Below, piece after piece: positions 1 to 10,092 of a stretch of 64,000 nucleotides of DNA. The number at the start of each line of letters is the position of its first letter. Position 1 is the stretch's first letter. Where the stretch lies: assembly GCA_964291295.2 (NCBI GenBank), contig OZ219754.1, positions 96,001 through 160,000 on the forward strand. Reading direction: 5' to 3'. The DNA is from an uncultured Candidatus Binatia bacterium. Its GTDB lineage: Bacteria > Desulfobacterota > Binatia > UBA9968 > JAJDTQ01. The notes under the pieces were generated by a model that was not told the DNA's origin, did no database searches, and saw nothing but the letters and a program-made list of their open reading frames with translations. A program made the position numbers and the translations under genes.

Positions 1-284
1 TGTACATCGCCTCCGGTGACTGGATGACCCGCAACGTGGACCACCGCGTGGAGGTGGCCTGCCCCGTCCATGACCCGGCCCTGAAGAAACAGCTCCGGGA
101 CGTGCTGGACATCGTGTGGAACGACAACGTCAAGGCACGGGTGCTGGACAAGGACCTCGGGAACCGCTACCGGACCGCGGCCGGCGGCAAGAGAATCCGC
201 GCCCAGGAAGCCATCCACACCTGCCTGAAGGAACTGCACCCGCCGAGGCCGGCGGCCAACGAGTCGCTGCGGCTGGCCCGGTGA
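1..284 (+). CDS. ppk1: Polyphosphate kinase 1, C-terminal fragment (truncated by window start)
   Basis: Frame from nt 3 reads YIASGDWMTRNVDHRVEVACPV...DNVKAR...AQE, the conserved PPK1 C-terminus. Confidence 0.9.
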   Translation, partial: YIASGDWMTRNVDHRVEVACPVHDPALKKQLRDVLDIVWNDNVKARVLDKDLGNRYRTAAGGKRIRAQEAIHTCLKELHPPRPAANESLRLAR

Positions 285-396
285 GGCGCTGCCGGTCCCA
301 TCCATACGGTGGGAGACATTCCGGTTGCCGCCGAACCGCGGGCTCGAGGCGAACGTCCGATTCGGTACCGCGGAACAGGGAGGGAAGACCAGGAAG

Positions 397-2397
397 ATGA
401 AGAAGCTGCCATTGGGAGCCGTGGAGCCGTTTGCATGGCGCTCCTGGGGTGAGGGTTTCGTCAACGTCAACGACGCCGGCCACCTGGAGATCCTCACCGA
501 TCCGGCGACCCGGGGCAGGGTCGATCTCAACGCTCTCGTGACCCGGTTGCAGCGGCAGCGGACTCGCCCGCCGGTGCTGGTGCGCTTTCCGCAACTCATC
601 GACCGGCAGATGGAGAACCTCCAGCGGGCGTTCCGGACGGCCATCGAGACCTTCGACTACCGCGGCACCTACACCTCCGTCTACCCGCTCAAGGTCAACA
701 GCCGCAAGGCCACGGTAGCGCGGATCTGCGAGGCCGGGCGCCCCTACGGCGTCGGCCTGGAAGTGGGCAGCAAGGCGGAGTTGTGCATCGCCCTGTCGAT
801 GCTCGGCAACAGCCGCGGCCCGATCATCTGCAACGGCTACAAGGACACCGACTCGGTGGAGCTGGCGGCGGCCGCCAGCGAGGCCGGCTACAACATCGTG
901 GTGGTGTTCGAGCGGCCGCGCGAGTACGAACTGGTCAGCGAGCTGCGCGCCAAGGGACTCCCCTGCCCCACGCTGGGTGCGCGGGTGAAGCTCAACGCCT
1001 GCGGCATGGGCCGCTGGGAGGAATCGTCCGGAGACCTGTCCAAGTTCGGCCTCAACGCTTCCGACCTGCTGGAAGCCATCCGGCTGCTGAAGGATTGCAA
1101 GCTGCTCCACCGGCTGCGCCTGCTCCACTTCCACCTGGGCTCCCAGATCACCAACATCCGGAACTTCAAGCAGGCGCTTCAGGAGGCGTTGCGGTTCTAC
1201 GTCGAACTCAGGGAACTGGGGGTTCCCCTGGACACGCTGGACGTGGGCGGCGGGCTGGGCGTCGACTACGACGGCAGCAACAGTTCCGCGGATTCCAGCG
1301 TGAACTACAACGTTCAGGAATATGCCAACGACATCATCTACACCACGAAGGAAGTGTTGGACCGTGCGCGTATCACGGAACCGCGCATCATCACCGAAGC
1401 CGGCCGATTCCTGGTGACGCACCATGTCGCCCTGCTCGTGGACCCCCTTGAGCAGCCGCGGCTGACCCCGAAGCCGGCCCGCGCCCGGGCCCGGTCCTCC
1501 AACGTGGACGCCGTCAACGAGCTGGACGACATGGTGGTGGAGATCAACAGCAAGAACTGGCGCGAGTACCTGCACGATGCCTACCAGAAAAAGGACGAGA
1601 TGCTCTCGGCCTTCTCCCTCGGCTTCCTTTCACTGAAGCAAAGGGCCCAGGCGGAATCGGCATTTGCCCGAATCGTGGAACGGGCCAGCCGTTTCTCGCG
1701 TCACGGACGCTTCGACGGCGAGGACAAGGCGGCCCTGGAGCGCATCGCCGCCCGGTTGCACGCCTTCAACTTCTCGATCTTCCGGTCCTTGCCGGACAGT
1801 TGGATCCTGGACATGCTGTTTCCCATCCTGCCCACTAGCCGGCTCAAGGAGAAGCCCGCCATCAAGGCCGTCCTGGCGGACCTCACCTGTGACTCGGACG
1901 GCGTCATCAACAAGTTTTCGGACCCCCACGAGCCCCGCTCCACCTTCGAACTCCACGCCATGCCCTGGAATGACTCCTACACCCTGGCGATCCTGTTCCT
2001 GGGCGCCTATCAGGAGGCCCTCAGTACCGACCACAACCTCTTCGGACGGCCCGCGGAGGTCACGGTGGAAACCGACGGCAGCGGCGGCATGGAGATCCTC
2101 GACGCGCGCGCCCCCGACACCTGTGCCGACATGCTGACCCGGTGGGGGTTCGACGACCTCGTGCAGGGCCATCTTCCGCGGGACCTCCACGCCGTGCCCC
2201 CGGCGGCACAACCCGACTCGCCTGCCGCCCGCCTGGAGAGGATCATGGCCCGGGTCCTGACCGGCGGCACCTACCTGGACCGGCAGGACGGCCCGGCGGT
2301 GACGGCTGCCGCCGGAGAAGCCGGCGCGCCCAAGGAAAGGCCCCATGCCGTGACGGCCCGGGACAAGAGGCGGGCACATTCGGCCAGCGGTTCCTGA
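397..2397 (+). CDS. speA: Biosynthetic arginine decarboxylase
   Basis: YPLKVN PLP lysine, GLEVGSKAEL, CNGYKD, SKFGL, HFHLGSQ, DVGGGLGVDYDG, DLTCDSDG, LGAYQE; ATG at 397 after purine-rich RBS. Confidence 0.92.
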   Translation: MKKLPLGAVEPFAWRSWGEGFVNVNDAGHLEILTDPATRGRVDLNALVTRLQRQRTRPPVLVRFPQLIDRQMENLQRAFRTAIETFDYRGTYTSVYPLKVNSRKATVARICEAGRPYGVGLEVGSKAELCIALSMLGNSRGPIICNGYKDTDSVELAAAASEAGYNIVVVFERPREYELVSELRAKGLPCPTLGARVKLNACGMGRWEESSGDLSKFGLNASDLLEAIRLLKDCKLLHRLRLLHFHLGSQITNIRNFKQALQEALRFYVELRELGVPLDTLDVGGGLGVDYDGSNSSADSSVNYNVQEYANDIIYTTKEVLDRARITEPRIITEAGRFLVTHHVALLVDPLEQPRLTPKPARARARSSNVDAVNELDDMVVEINSKNWREYLHDAYQKKDEMLSAFSLGFLSLKQRAQAESAFARIVERASRFSRHGRFDGEDKAALERIAARLHAFNFSIFRSLPDSWILDMLFPILPTSRLKEKPAIKAVLADLTCDSDGVINKFSDPHEPRSTFELHAMPWNDSYTLAILFLGAYQEALSTDHNLFGRPAEVTVETDGSGGMEILDARAPDTCADMLTRWGFDDLVQGHLPRDLHAVPPAAQPDSPAARLERIMARVLTGGTYLDRQDGPAVTAAAGEAGAPKERPHAVTARDKRRAHSASGS

Positions 2398-2498
2398 AAA
2401 GTTCCCATACTCGAATATTCCTGATTTGAGCCCCAGGAATTCCTGTGCTAGGCTCTGCACCGGTGCGCCGCCGGCGGCGGCACCCGCGGATGCAGGAA

Positions 2499-4217
2499 AT
2501 GCAGACAAGCCCGGCAAGCGCGGCGCCCAGGGTTCCGCCCGTCCCCGCAATATCGGCCCTCTGGCGATGGCCCCGAGTGGACGGCTGGACCGCCGCTGTC
2601 CTGGCGGCGGCGGCGCTGTTCGCCAGCCCGCTCCTGGCGGTCCTGGGCATCGCCCTGGAAGGCAGCGGCGACGCTTGGGGACACCTTGGCTCGACCGTTC
2701 TCGCCAGCTATCTCCTTCAGACCCTGGGGCTCATCATCGGCGTCGGCGCCGGGGTTCTCGTCATCGGCGTCACCACGGCGTGGCTCGTCACCCGGTTCGA
2801 GTTCCCCGGACGCCCCGTGCTGCAGTGGGCGCTGTTGCTGCCGCTGGCCATGCCCGCGTACATCGCGGCGTACACCTACACCGACCTGCTCGAGTTCGCC
2901 GGTCCGGTGCAGACCGGCCTGCGCCAGTTGTTCGGGTGGCGAGGCCCGAGCGACTACTGGTTCCCGGAGGTTCGCTCCCTGGGCGGTGCCGTGACCTTCA
3001 TGTCCCTGGTGCTCTACCCCTACGTCTACCTGCTCGCCCGTGCGGCTTTCGTCGAACAGTCCCGGAATCTGTGGGACGCCGCGCGCGGGCTCGGACTCCG
3101 GCCCTGGCCATGCTTCCTGCGAGTGGGACTGCCGTTGGCGCGGCCGGCCATCGTCGCCGGCGTGCTGCTGGCCCTGATGGAAACCCTGAACGATTTCGGC
3201 ACCGTGGACTACTTCGCGGTACAGACGCTGACCATCGGCGTCTACCGGGTCTGGTTCGGCATGAACAACGCGCCCGCCGCCGCGCAGTTGGCGTCCCTGG
3301 TGCTGGTTCTGGTGCTGGTGATGTCCACCCTGGAGCGCACCGCCCGGGGCCGGCGGCGCTACCCGTTCAACCACAAGCCACGCCATCCCCTGGCAAGGCT
3401 GCGCGGCATCCGCGGGATGCTGGCGTTGCTCACCTGCGCGGCGCCGCTGACCCTGGGCTTCGTGGTGCCGGCGCTGCTGATGGCGGTGTCCGCGGCCGGC
3501 GGCGCCGGCTCCTTCACCGGCGTCGACACGCTGACCCTGGCCTTCAACAGCGTGGCCGTGGCCACCCTGGCAGCCTTGGCCTGCCTGTGCGCAGGTCTCT
3601 TCCTGGCCTACGGCGCGCGTCTGTCCGGGACCGCCCTGGTCCGCTGCGCGACCCGTGTGGCGAGCGTCGGCTATGCCGTGCCGGGAGTGGTACTGGCGGT
3701 CGGCGTCCTCACGACGGCGGCAGCGCTGGACAATGCCATCGACGGGTTCATGCGAACCCACTTCCAGGTCTCCACGGGGTTGATCCTCAGCGGCACGCTG
3801 TGCGCCCTGGTCTTCGCCTGCACGGTGCGGTTTCTGGCCCTGTCCTCCGGCTCGCTGGAAGCGGGGTTGACCCGGATCACGCCCAACATGGACGCCGCCG
3901 CGCGATCCCTGGGACAGCGTCCCGGCGGGATCCTGAGACGGGTCCACTTTCCGCTGCTGCGGGGCAGCCTCCTGACCGGCGCCATGCTGGTTTTTGTCGA
4001 CGCCATGAAGGAGTTGCCCATGACGCTGCTCCTGCGTCCATTCAACTTCAACACGCTGGCCACCCACGTCTACGAGTATGCCTCTTACGAAGCCTTCGAT
4101 CAGGCCGTGATCGCGGCCCTCGCCATCGTGGTCACCGGGCTGGCCCCGGTCATCGTTCTCAGCCTGCGCCTGGACGGCGCCGGACGACTCTCCCCGACCG
4201 CGAGACCGGCGTCGTGA
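2499..4217 (+). CDS. Fe(III) ABC transporter permease (FbpB/SfuB-like)
   Basis: Two permease halves with EAA-like loops (DAARGLG, AAARSLG), PYVYLLARAAF, DFGTVDYF, KELPMTLLLRPFNFNTLA; start 2490 or 2499. Confidence 0.88.
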   Translation: MQTSPASAAPRVPPVPAISALWRWPRVDGWTAAVLAAAALFASPLLAVLGIALEGSGDAWGHLGSTVLASYLLQTLGLIIGVGAGVLVIGVTTAWLVTRFEFPGRPVLQWALLLPLAMPAYIAAYTYTDLLEFAGPVQTGLRQLFGWRGPSDYWFPEVRSLGGAVTFMSLVLYPYVYLLARAAFVEQSRNLWDAARGLGLRPWPCFLRVGLPLARPAIVAGVLLALMETLNDFGTVDYFAVQTLTIGVYRVWFGMNNAPAAAQLASLVLVLVLVMSTLERTARGRRRYPFNHKPRHPLARLRGIRGMLALLTCAAPLTLGFVVPALLMAVSAAGGAGSFTGVDTLTLAFNSVAVATLAALACLCAGLFLAYGARLSGTALVRCATRVASVGYAVPGVVLAVGVLTTAAALDNAIDGFMRTHFQVSTGLILSGTLCALVFACTVRFLALSSGSLEAGLTRITPNMDAAARSLGQRPGGILRRVHFPLLRGSLLTGAMLVFVDAMKELPMTLLLRPFNFNTLATHVYEYASYEAFDQAVIAALAIVVTGLAPVIVLSLRLDGAGRLSPTARPAS

Positions 4218-4316
4218 GGCGGCGACAGCGCCCCGGGCGCCGGCTCCCGGCGGGCCGGTGGCGCGGGCTCCCGCGACGATTCGTGGACGCGGACAGGCTG
4301 GCCCTGGTTCGTCGTC

Positions 4317-6287
4317 TCAGACAGGCTGCCCGTTTTTCTCATCCAGGGCCGGCGCGGTGAGAAGCTGCACCGCACGGTCCAGGTCCGCATGGCTCCCCAG
4401 GAGCACCAGGATGTCCTGCGGCCTCAGTTGGCAGTCCATGGGCGGGCTCTCCACCGAGACGCCTTCCCGCACCAGCGCCAGGACGCTGGTGCGGCCCTCG
4501 AAGTGCGCCTTCAGCTCCCCGAGGGTATGGCCCGCCGCGGGCGCATCCTGCTCCACCAGGAGCGTATCGGCGGTGGCGCCGGTGAGAAACTGGCTGAACC
4601 GAGCCAGACTCTTGCCCTCCAGCCTCTGGCCGCGCAACATGCTGTAGCCCTCCCTGCGCACCATCTGCACCTGCAGATTGATGACGTTGCGCGGGACGTG
4701 GTACTCCCGCAGCACCCGCGCGAAGATCTCCACCGAGGTCTCGAACTCCTCGGGGATCACCTCATTGGCGCCCAAGGACATCAACCGCGGGATCTCGGCC
4801 ACGTACCGCGTCCGCACGATGATGTAGAGGTCGGGATTCAACCGCCGCGCGTGCCAGACGATACGCGACGTCGCCTGGGGATCGCTGATGGCCACCACCA
4901 GAACACGCGCGCGCGCCACGCCCATGGCCGCCAGCACCGCCGGACGCGTGCCGTCGCCGAACCGGACCCTCTCACCTTCGTCGCGCGCCGCCTCCGGGTT
5001 GAGGTCGAGTATCCGGTGAGGAATGGCCACCTCGCGCAAGACCCGGGCCAGGTTCCGCCCGTTGAGCCCATAGCCCACGATGAGGACGTGTCCGGCCGCG
5101 TCGTCCGCCGGCGCCCCGGCCTCGGCGTCGCCGCGGTGCAGCACGAAGCCCAGACGGCTTCCGCCCAGGACCAGCAGCGGGGTGGCCAGCATGCTGAGAA
5201 TCGCGGTGGCGAGAAAGATCTGCTCCTCGCCTGGCGAGAGGAGACGGAAGGCGCCGCCCATCCGGGCAAGGATGAGCGAGAACTCCCCGACCTGAGCCAG
5301 CGTCAGACCCAACGCCAGACCAAGCCGCAGCGATCGCTGGAGAAAGGAGAAGATGGCGGTGACAAGGCCGCCCTTGAGCATCACCAGCAGCAGCCAAGAG
5401 GCGGCCACGAGGACAAACTCCTGGCCGATGAAGTCGAGATCCACCTGCGTGCCGATGGAGATGAAGAAGATGCCGGCGAAACTGTCCCTCAGCGGAAGGA
5501 CGTCGGCCACCACCTGGTGGCTGTATTCCGAATCGGAAATGAGGAGTCCGGCAATGAACGAACCCAGGGCCAGGGAGATGCCGGACTGAAAGGCCAGCCA
5601 GGCGGTGCCCAGGCAGATGAGCAGCACGAACAGGACAAAGACCTCCTGGCTCCGAAGCCGCGCCACCTGGTGGAGGAGCCACGGCACCAGGAAACGCGAG
5701 GAGGTGAAGATGATGGCCACGGCGAGAACGGATTTGCCCAGCGTGACGGCCACCACCTGGAGGGACAACGCCGCGGTCTCCCCCAGCACCGGCACCGACA
5801 GCATCATGGGCACGGCGATGATGTCCTGGAGCAGCAGGACGCCCACCGCCAACCGCCCGTGAAGGGTCGAAAGCTCGTCCCGGTCGCTGTAGATCTTGAG
5901 CACGATGGCGGTGCTGCTGAGGGCGGCGAGCAGACCGAAGAAAAAGCTGATGCGCGGGGCGTAGCCCAGGTGAAGACCCACCGCCATGACCCCCAGGACG
6001 GTCAAGGCCACCTGCAGGAGGCCGCCCGTGAGGATCAACCCTTTCAGGGCGAGAAAACGCTCGAAGGAGAATTCGAGGCCGATGGAGAAGAGCAGCAGCA
6101 CGATGCCGATCTCCGCCAGGAGATCGAGTTCGGCGCCGTGGCCGATGACGTCGAAGCCATGCGGCCCCATGACCACGCCCACCGCAAGAAAACCGATGAC
6201 CGTGGGGAGCCGCAGCTTGTGGAAGGTGAAGACCGTGGCCACGGTGAGGGCCAGGACGGTCACCAGACTCGTGAGCACGTCAAGCAT
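4317..6287 (-). CDS. CPA2/Kef-type cation:proton antiporter with TrkA_N and TrkA_C domains
   Basis: LLFSIGLEFS, LSSTAIV, LLLQD, LAQVGEFS; GYGLNG Rossmann motif; GDGT; GANEVIPEEFE. Confidence 0.9.
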   Translation of the reverse strand: MLDVLTSLVTVLALTVATVFTFHKLRLPTVIGFLAVGVVMGPHGFDVIGHGAELDLLAEIGIVLLLFSIGLEFSFERFLALKGLILTGGLLQVALTVLGVMAVGLHLGYAPRISFFFGLLAALSSTAIVLKIYSDRDELSTLHGRLAVGVLLLQDIIAVPMMLSVPVLGETAALSLQVVAVTLGKSVLAVAIIFTSSRFLVPWLLHQVARLRSQEVFVLFVLLICLGTAWLAFQSGISLALGSFIAGLLISDSEYSHQVVADVLPLRDSFAGIFFISIGTQVDLDFIGQEFVLVAASWLLLVMLKGGLVTAIFSFLQRSLRLGLALGLTLAQVGEFSLILARMGGAFRLLSPGEEQIFLATAILSMLATPLLVLGGSRLGFVLHRGDAEAGAPADDAAGHVLIVGYGLNGRNLARVLREVAIPHRILDLNPEAARDEGERVRFGDGTRPAVLAAMGVARARVLVVAISDPQATSRIVWHARRLNPDLYIIVRTRYVAEIPRLMSLGANEVIPEEFETSVEIFARVLREYHVPRNVINLQVQMVRREGYSMLRGQRLEGKSLARFSQFLTGATADTLLVEQDAPAAGHTLGELKAHFEGRTSVLALVREGVSVESPPMDCQLRPQDILVLLGSHADLDRAVQLLTAPALDEKNGQPV

Positions 6288-6457
6288 GACTGGTTCGGAA
6301 CGGGAGTCCGAAGATCCCGGCTCTCCGTCACTCCCGCGGAAGCGAGTGTCCCGGAAGCGCGGGGCGGGGACCGCGGCACCGGTCGGGTGTTGAATTCCAC
6401 ATGCGCTTCGGTGAGGATAGACGATTTGCGGCCCCAGGAACAGCAACCGAGGAGACG

Positions 6458-7207
6458 ATGGACGAAAACGACAAGGTCATGGGCATCGACATCGGCGGCA
6501 CCGGAGTCAAGGCGGCGCTGGTGGACACCCGGAGCGGCGCAATGACGACGGAACGCGTACGGCTGCCCACGCCCCAACCGGCGACACCAGCGGCTGTCAT
6601 GGAAGCCATTGAAAGCCTGCGGCGGCAACTGCAATGGCGGGGGACGGTGGGCTGCGGCTTTCCGGGTCTGGTCAAGAAGGGCCGGGTCGAGCGGGCCCCG
6701 AACCTCGACTCATCCTGGGTCGGCTATGATCTGGCCCGACAGCTTCAGGCGCAACTGGCGGTGCCGCGAGTCGCCATCGGCAACGACGCCGATGCCGCCG
6801 GACTGGCGGAGTTCCGGTTCGGCGCCGGCCGGAACGTGAACGGGACCGTGATGATCGTCACCCTGGGAACCGGCATCGGCTCGGCCGTCTTTCGCGACGG
6901 CGTGCTCTTGCCCGACACCGAACTGGGCCATCTCGAAATGCACGGCAAGGTGGCGGAAAAGTGGGCCGCCGCCAGCGTCCGCGCAAACCGGAACCTGAGC
7001 TGGAAGAAATGGGCCCGGCGACTCAACGAATATCTGGTCCACGCGGAGTACCTCCTGGGCGTCGACCTGTTCATCATCGGCGGAGGGGTCAGCAAGAAGC
7101 CCGAGAAGTTCTTCCCTTACCTCCAGGGCGTGGGCTGCCGGGTGGAAGCCGCGTGTCTCGGAAACGCCGCCGGTGTCATCGGCGCCGCCCTGTTCCCCCT
7201 GCGCTAG
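6458..7207 (+). CDS. ppgK: Polyphosphate glucokinase (ROK family)
   Basis: GIDIGGTGVK, NDADAAGLAE, TLGTGIGSA, TELGHLE, IGGGVSK, NAAGVIGAA; GGAG RBS before ATG 6458. Confidence 0.88.
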   Translation: MDENDKVMGIDIGGTGVKAALVDTRSGAMTTERVRLPTPQPATPAAVMEAIESLRRQLQWRGTVGCGFPGLVKKGRVERAPNLDSSWVGYDLARQLQAQLAVPRVAIGNDADAAGLAEFRFGAGRNVNGTVMIVTLGTGIGSAVFRDGVLLPDTELGHLEMHGKVAEKWAAASVRANRNLSWKKWARRLNEYLVHAEYLLGVDLFIIGGGVSKKPEKFFPYLQGVGCRVEAACLGNAAGVIGAALFPLR

Positions 7208-8771
7208 TCGTCCGGTGCCGGATACGCGGCAGCCAGGGCAGCAGCAACGTGTACGGGGGCTCGGTTTCGCGGAGGCTCCGACCGAACCGGGCCAACAGAT
7301 CCGGAACCTTCGCGCATGCCAGTTCCCGCTCCACCCGCATGCGCGACGACAGCACCTCGGCGGCCGGGCACGCACGGCTGGCCCCGGCCCGGGACAGGAC
7401 GGCGGCGAAGTCCCGGGTGCGGGCCTCGTGCACCGTGAGATCCTGGATCCGGCCCAACGCGTCCTGGAGTTTTTTCAGGCGCGGCACCACATCCCGCGCC
7501 TCGGGCATCAACTCCCCGAGCATCTCCAGAAGATAGCGCAGCTGCTTGCATTCGATCCGAAGGGCGTGGAAGGAAGCGGCATCCGTCGGCTCCCGGAGGC
7601 GCGCCCCCTGTTCCAGCATGTTCCGGCACTTCCTCGCCACGCGCGCTGCCGCCAGCGGCAGGATGGGCTTCGTACCCCGTGGTCCCGTTCCGAGGACGCC
7701 GGCGTCCTGCACGGATGAGCGCCAGCACCGCAACGCGGCGTGCCAGTCGTCCGAACCCATGACTTCCACCAGCCGGCGGTGGGCCGCCGCCCGCTCGCGC
7801 GCGGCAAACTCGAACAGCGGGGTGAGGTCTTGCGCCAGGGGCGGCGCGAGCATGCCCCGGTAGGCGGTCTGCCGCTCCAGGTACACGTCCAGGTCTCTCA
7901 GCGCGTTGGTGGACTTGCCCAGCCAGGACAGCGTCTTCCTGAGCCTGTCCACGGGCTCAGGGGAAAAGACGCCCCGGAGCTGTCCCAGACAGGATCGGGC
8001 ACGGCGCACGGCCACCCGGAAATCATGCAGGAACTCCGTGTCGGTATCGTGGAGCATGCCTTCCTGGTTGGCGCGAACCACCGGGTACTGATCACGAATC
8101 ACGGCGCCCAGGGCCTCGGCGGCAGTCATGGAGGCGTCGAGCCGGGTCCGGGCGGCGGTGGCCGTGCCCAGGGGATCCAGGGACAGGGCCTCCAGTGCCC
8201 GCCGGTAGCGGGAGCCGCTTCCGGCGCGCACCCCGCGCTTTTCCCACCACTCGCATACCTCCCGGAAGATATTCCTGTAGCCCCGTACCTGCCGGACCAC
8301 GACCGAGTCCGCCAGCCGCGCACTCCGCCTCCCGTCCGCCACTTCGTCCTGGTTCAACAAGACGCGCAGGACCGTCTTCTGATCGTGGTTCCACCGGTAC
8401 CAGATGCGCACTCGTGAGCGCACCGAAAACAGCCGGAGCAGGGCCCGGTTCCGGGTCAGCGGCGCCAACTCGTCCCGCAACGCGCCAGGCGGCAGGCCGG
8501 CGGCGAATTCCGGAAGGCCGTCGAACTCCATGCGGCTCCGCGGGTCCGACCCATCCAGGCTCCCCAGGTGCAGCACACCCCCGGAACTCCACAGGGCGCG
8601 CGAATGGGCGAAGAGCCGCCCGTCGTGAGTGTCGAGGTACACGGCCTCGCGGACCAGGCGCGGCCCCTGGCGCAACGCGTACTGATGGCGCAGCTCGCGC
8701 AGCAATCGTGGCCCGGACCGGCCCCGGGGAATATCGAACGTCCGCTCCGAGACTGTGCCGGACAGTGTCAC
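7176..8771 (-). CDS. CYTH-like + CHAD domain polyphosphate-binding protein
   Basis: N-terminal YLDTHDGRL; CHAD motifs LHDFRVAVRRARS, LRDLDV, FHALRIECKQLRYLLE, LQDALGRIQD; GTG start overlaps the ParA stop. Confidence 0.85.
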   Translation of the reverse strand: MTLSGTVSERTFDIPRGRSGPRLLRELRHQYALRQGPRLVREAVYLDTHDGRLFAHSRALWSSGGVLHLGSLDGSDPRSRMEFDGLPEFAAGLPPGALRDELAPLTRNRALLRLFSVRSRVRIWYRWNHDQKTVLRVLLNQDEVADGRRSARLADSVVVRQVRGYRNIFREVCEWWEKRGVRAGSGSRYRRALEALSLDPLGTATAARTRLDASMTAAEALGAVIRDQYPVVRANQEGMLHDTDTEFLHDFRVAVRRARSCLGQLRGVFSPEPVDRLRKTLSWLGKSTNALRDLDVYLERQTAYRGMLAPPLAQDLTPLFEFAARERAAAHRRLVEVMGSDDWHAALRCWRSSVQDAGVLGTGPRGTKPILPLAAARVARKCRNMLEQGARLREPTDAASFHALRIECKQLRYLLEMLGELMPEARDVVPRLKKLQDALGRIQDLTVHEARTRDFAAVLSRAGASRACPAAEVLSSRMRVERELACAKVPDLLARFGRSLRETEPPYTLLLPWLPRIRHRTTSAGGTGRRR

Positions 8772-9559
8772 CCTCCCCGTGCGGGAACCGGAATAAACCG
8801 CAACAGGGCGGCCAACTCCTCCCAAAGCTCCCGATAGCGCTTCGTTGCCGTGCCGGAGGGCCGGAAGGCCGGCAACGGCGCCCGCACCAGGCCCATGCTC
8901 TCGACATCCGCGGCATAGGGAATCACGGCCGTCAGCCAATTCCGGGACTCCTCCCTCATGGCCGCCATGGTCGCCCGGTGCATCCTCTTGCGCGCCTCCA
9001 CCATGGAGAAGAAAGCCCGCATCCGGTTCTCGTCATGACCTTTGCGCCGGATGAAGGCCCGCAGGATGGAGTAGGCCCGAACGGCCAGCGTTGACGGGAC
9101 CACCGGGACCACCAGCAGGTCCGCCGCCATGAAGATGCCCTCGGCCAGCAGGGAGGCGGTGGCGGGGCTGTCCAGCACGATCAGGTCGTACTCGGCCCGG
9201 AACGGATCGAGTATCTCCCGCAGGCGTTTCCTGGAACGTCTGACCCGCCCGAGTGCCGCATCCAGATGCCGGTGGGACCAGTCCGCCGGCAGCAGATCCA
9301 GCCGCTCGTAGTCGGTTCCCTTGATGTTGTCGGAAAACTTCGTCCGCCCTTCAAGATAGACCGTTCCGGCCTTCCTGAGCCTGGGCTTGATACGAAAGTA
9401 GTAGGTGGTCGAACTCTGCGGATCAAGATCGCAAACGAGCGTCCGGAGTCCGGATTCGGCACTGAGGTAGGCCAGATTCACGGCGGTGGCGGTCTTTCCG
9501 ACACCACCCTTCAGGTGATAGACGGCCATGACCCTGCCCGGTCCGGACTTGCCCCGCAT
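8768..9559 (-). CDS. ParA/Soj/MinD-family ATPase
   Basis: Deviant Walker A KGGVGKT, DLDPQSS, YDLIVLDSP. Confidence 0.9.
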   Translation of the reverse strand: MRGKSGPGRVMAVYHLKGGVGKTATAVNLAYLSAESGLRTLVCDLDPQSSTTYYFRIKPRLRKAGTVYLEGRTKFSDNIKGTDYERLDLLPADWSHRHLDAALGRVRRSRKRLREILDPFRAEYDLIVLDSPATASLLAEGIFMAADLLVVPVVPSTLAVRAYSILRAFIRRKGHDENRMRAFFSMVEARKRMHRATMAAMREESRNWLTAVIPYAADVESMGLVRAPLPAFRPSGTATKRYRELWEELAALLRFIPVPARGG

Positions 9560-9639
9560 CGTCAAGGATCCAGCCAGGTCCGGCGGACCGCCGTGGCGGT
9601 TGGTGGCCACGCCCCCGGTGGCCACCAACCATGCGCGCT

Positions 9640-9948
9640 TCAGCTTCGGGGTTTTCTGGGCGGGACGATGGCGTCCTTGCAGGCTTTCGCAACGCGAAAC
9701 TTGACGACTCTTTTTGCCGGTATCTTGATCGCTTGCCCCGTCGCCGGATTGCGCCCCATGCGCGCCTTCCTGTTTGTCTTCACGAGCCGTCCGAGGCCCG
9801 GCACGATGAAAACCCCGTTCTTCTTGACCTCCTTGACCGCCAGCGTCGCCAAGTTGTCGAGGAAGTCCTTTGCGACCCGTTTGTTCAGGTCGCACTTGGC
9901 CGCCAAATCGGTCACTATCTGTGCCTGCGTCATCTTCGTAGCTGCCAT
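9640..9948 (-). CDS. HU/IHF-family DNA-binding protein
   Basis: PGLGRL...RKARMGRNPATGQAIKIPAKRVVKFRVAKACKD. Confidence 0.92.
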   Translation of the reverse strand: MAATKMTQAQIVTDLAAKCDLNKRVAKDFLDNLATLAVKEVKKNGVFIVPGLGRLVKTNRKARMGRNPATGQAIKIPAKRVVKFRVAKACKDAIVPPRKPRS

Positions 9949-10092
9949 GCCTCTCCCTTCCATGTCCTCCGAACCACCGAAGGCAAATCAAAATGAGCCG
10001 TAATATACGCGCATTTGCTCGAACTGTAAAGAATACGAGGAAAACGCAACGAGCAAATGTCGGCGGCGGTCCGCCGACAGGCCCCCCCCTTG

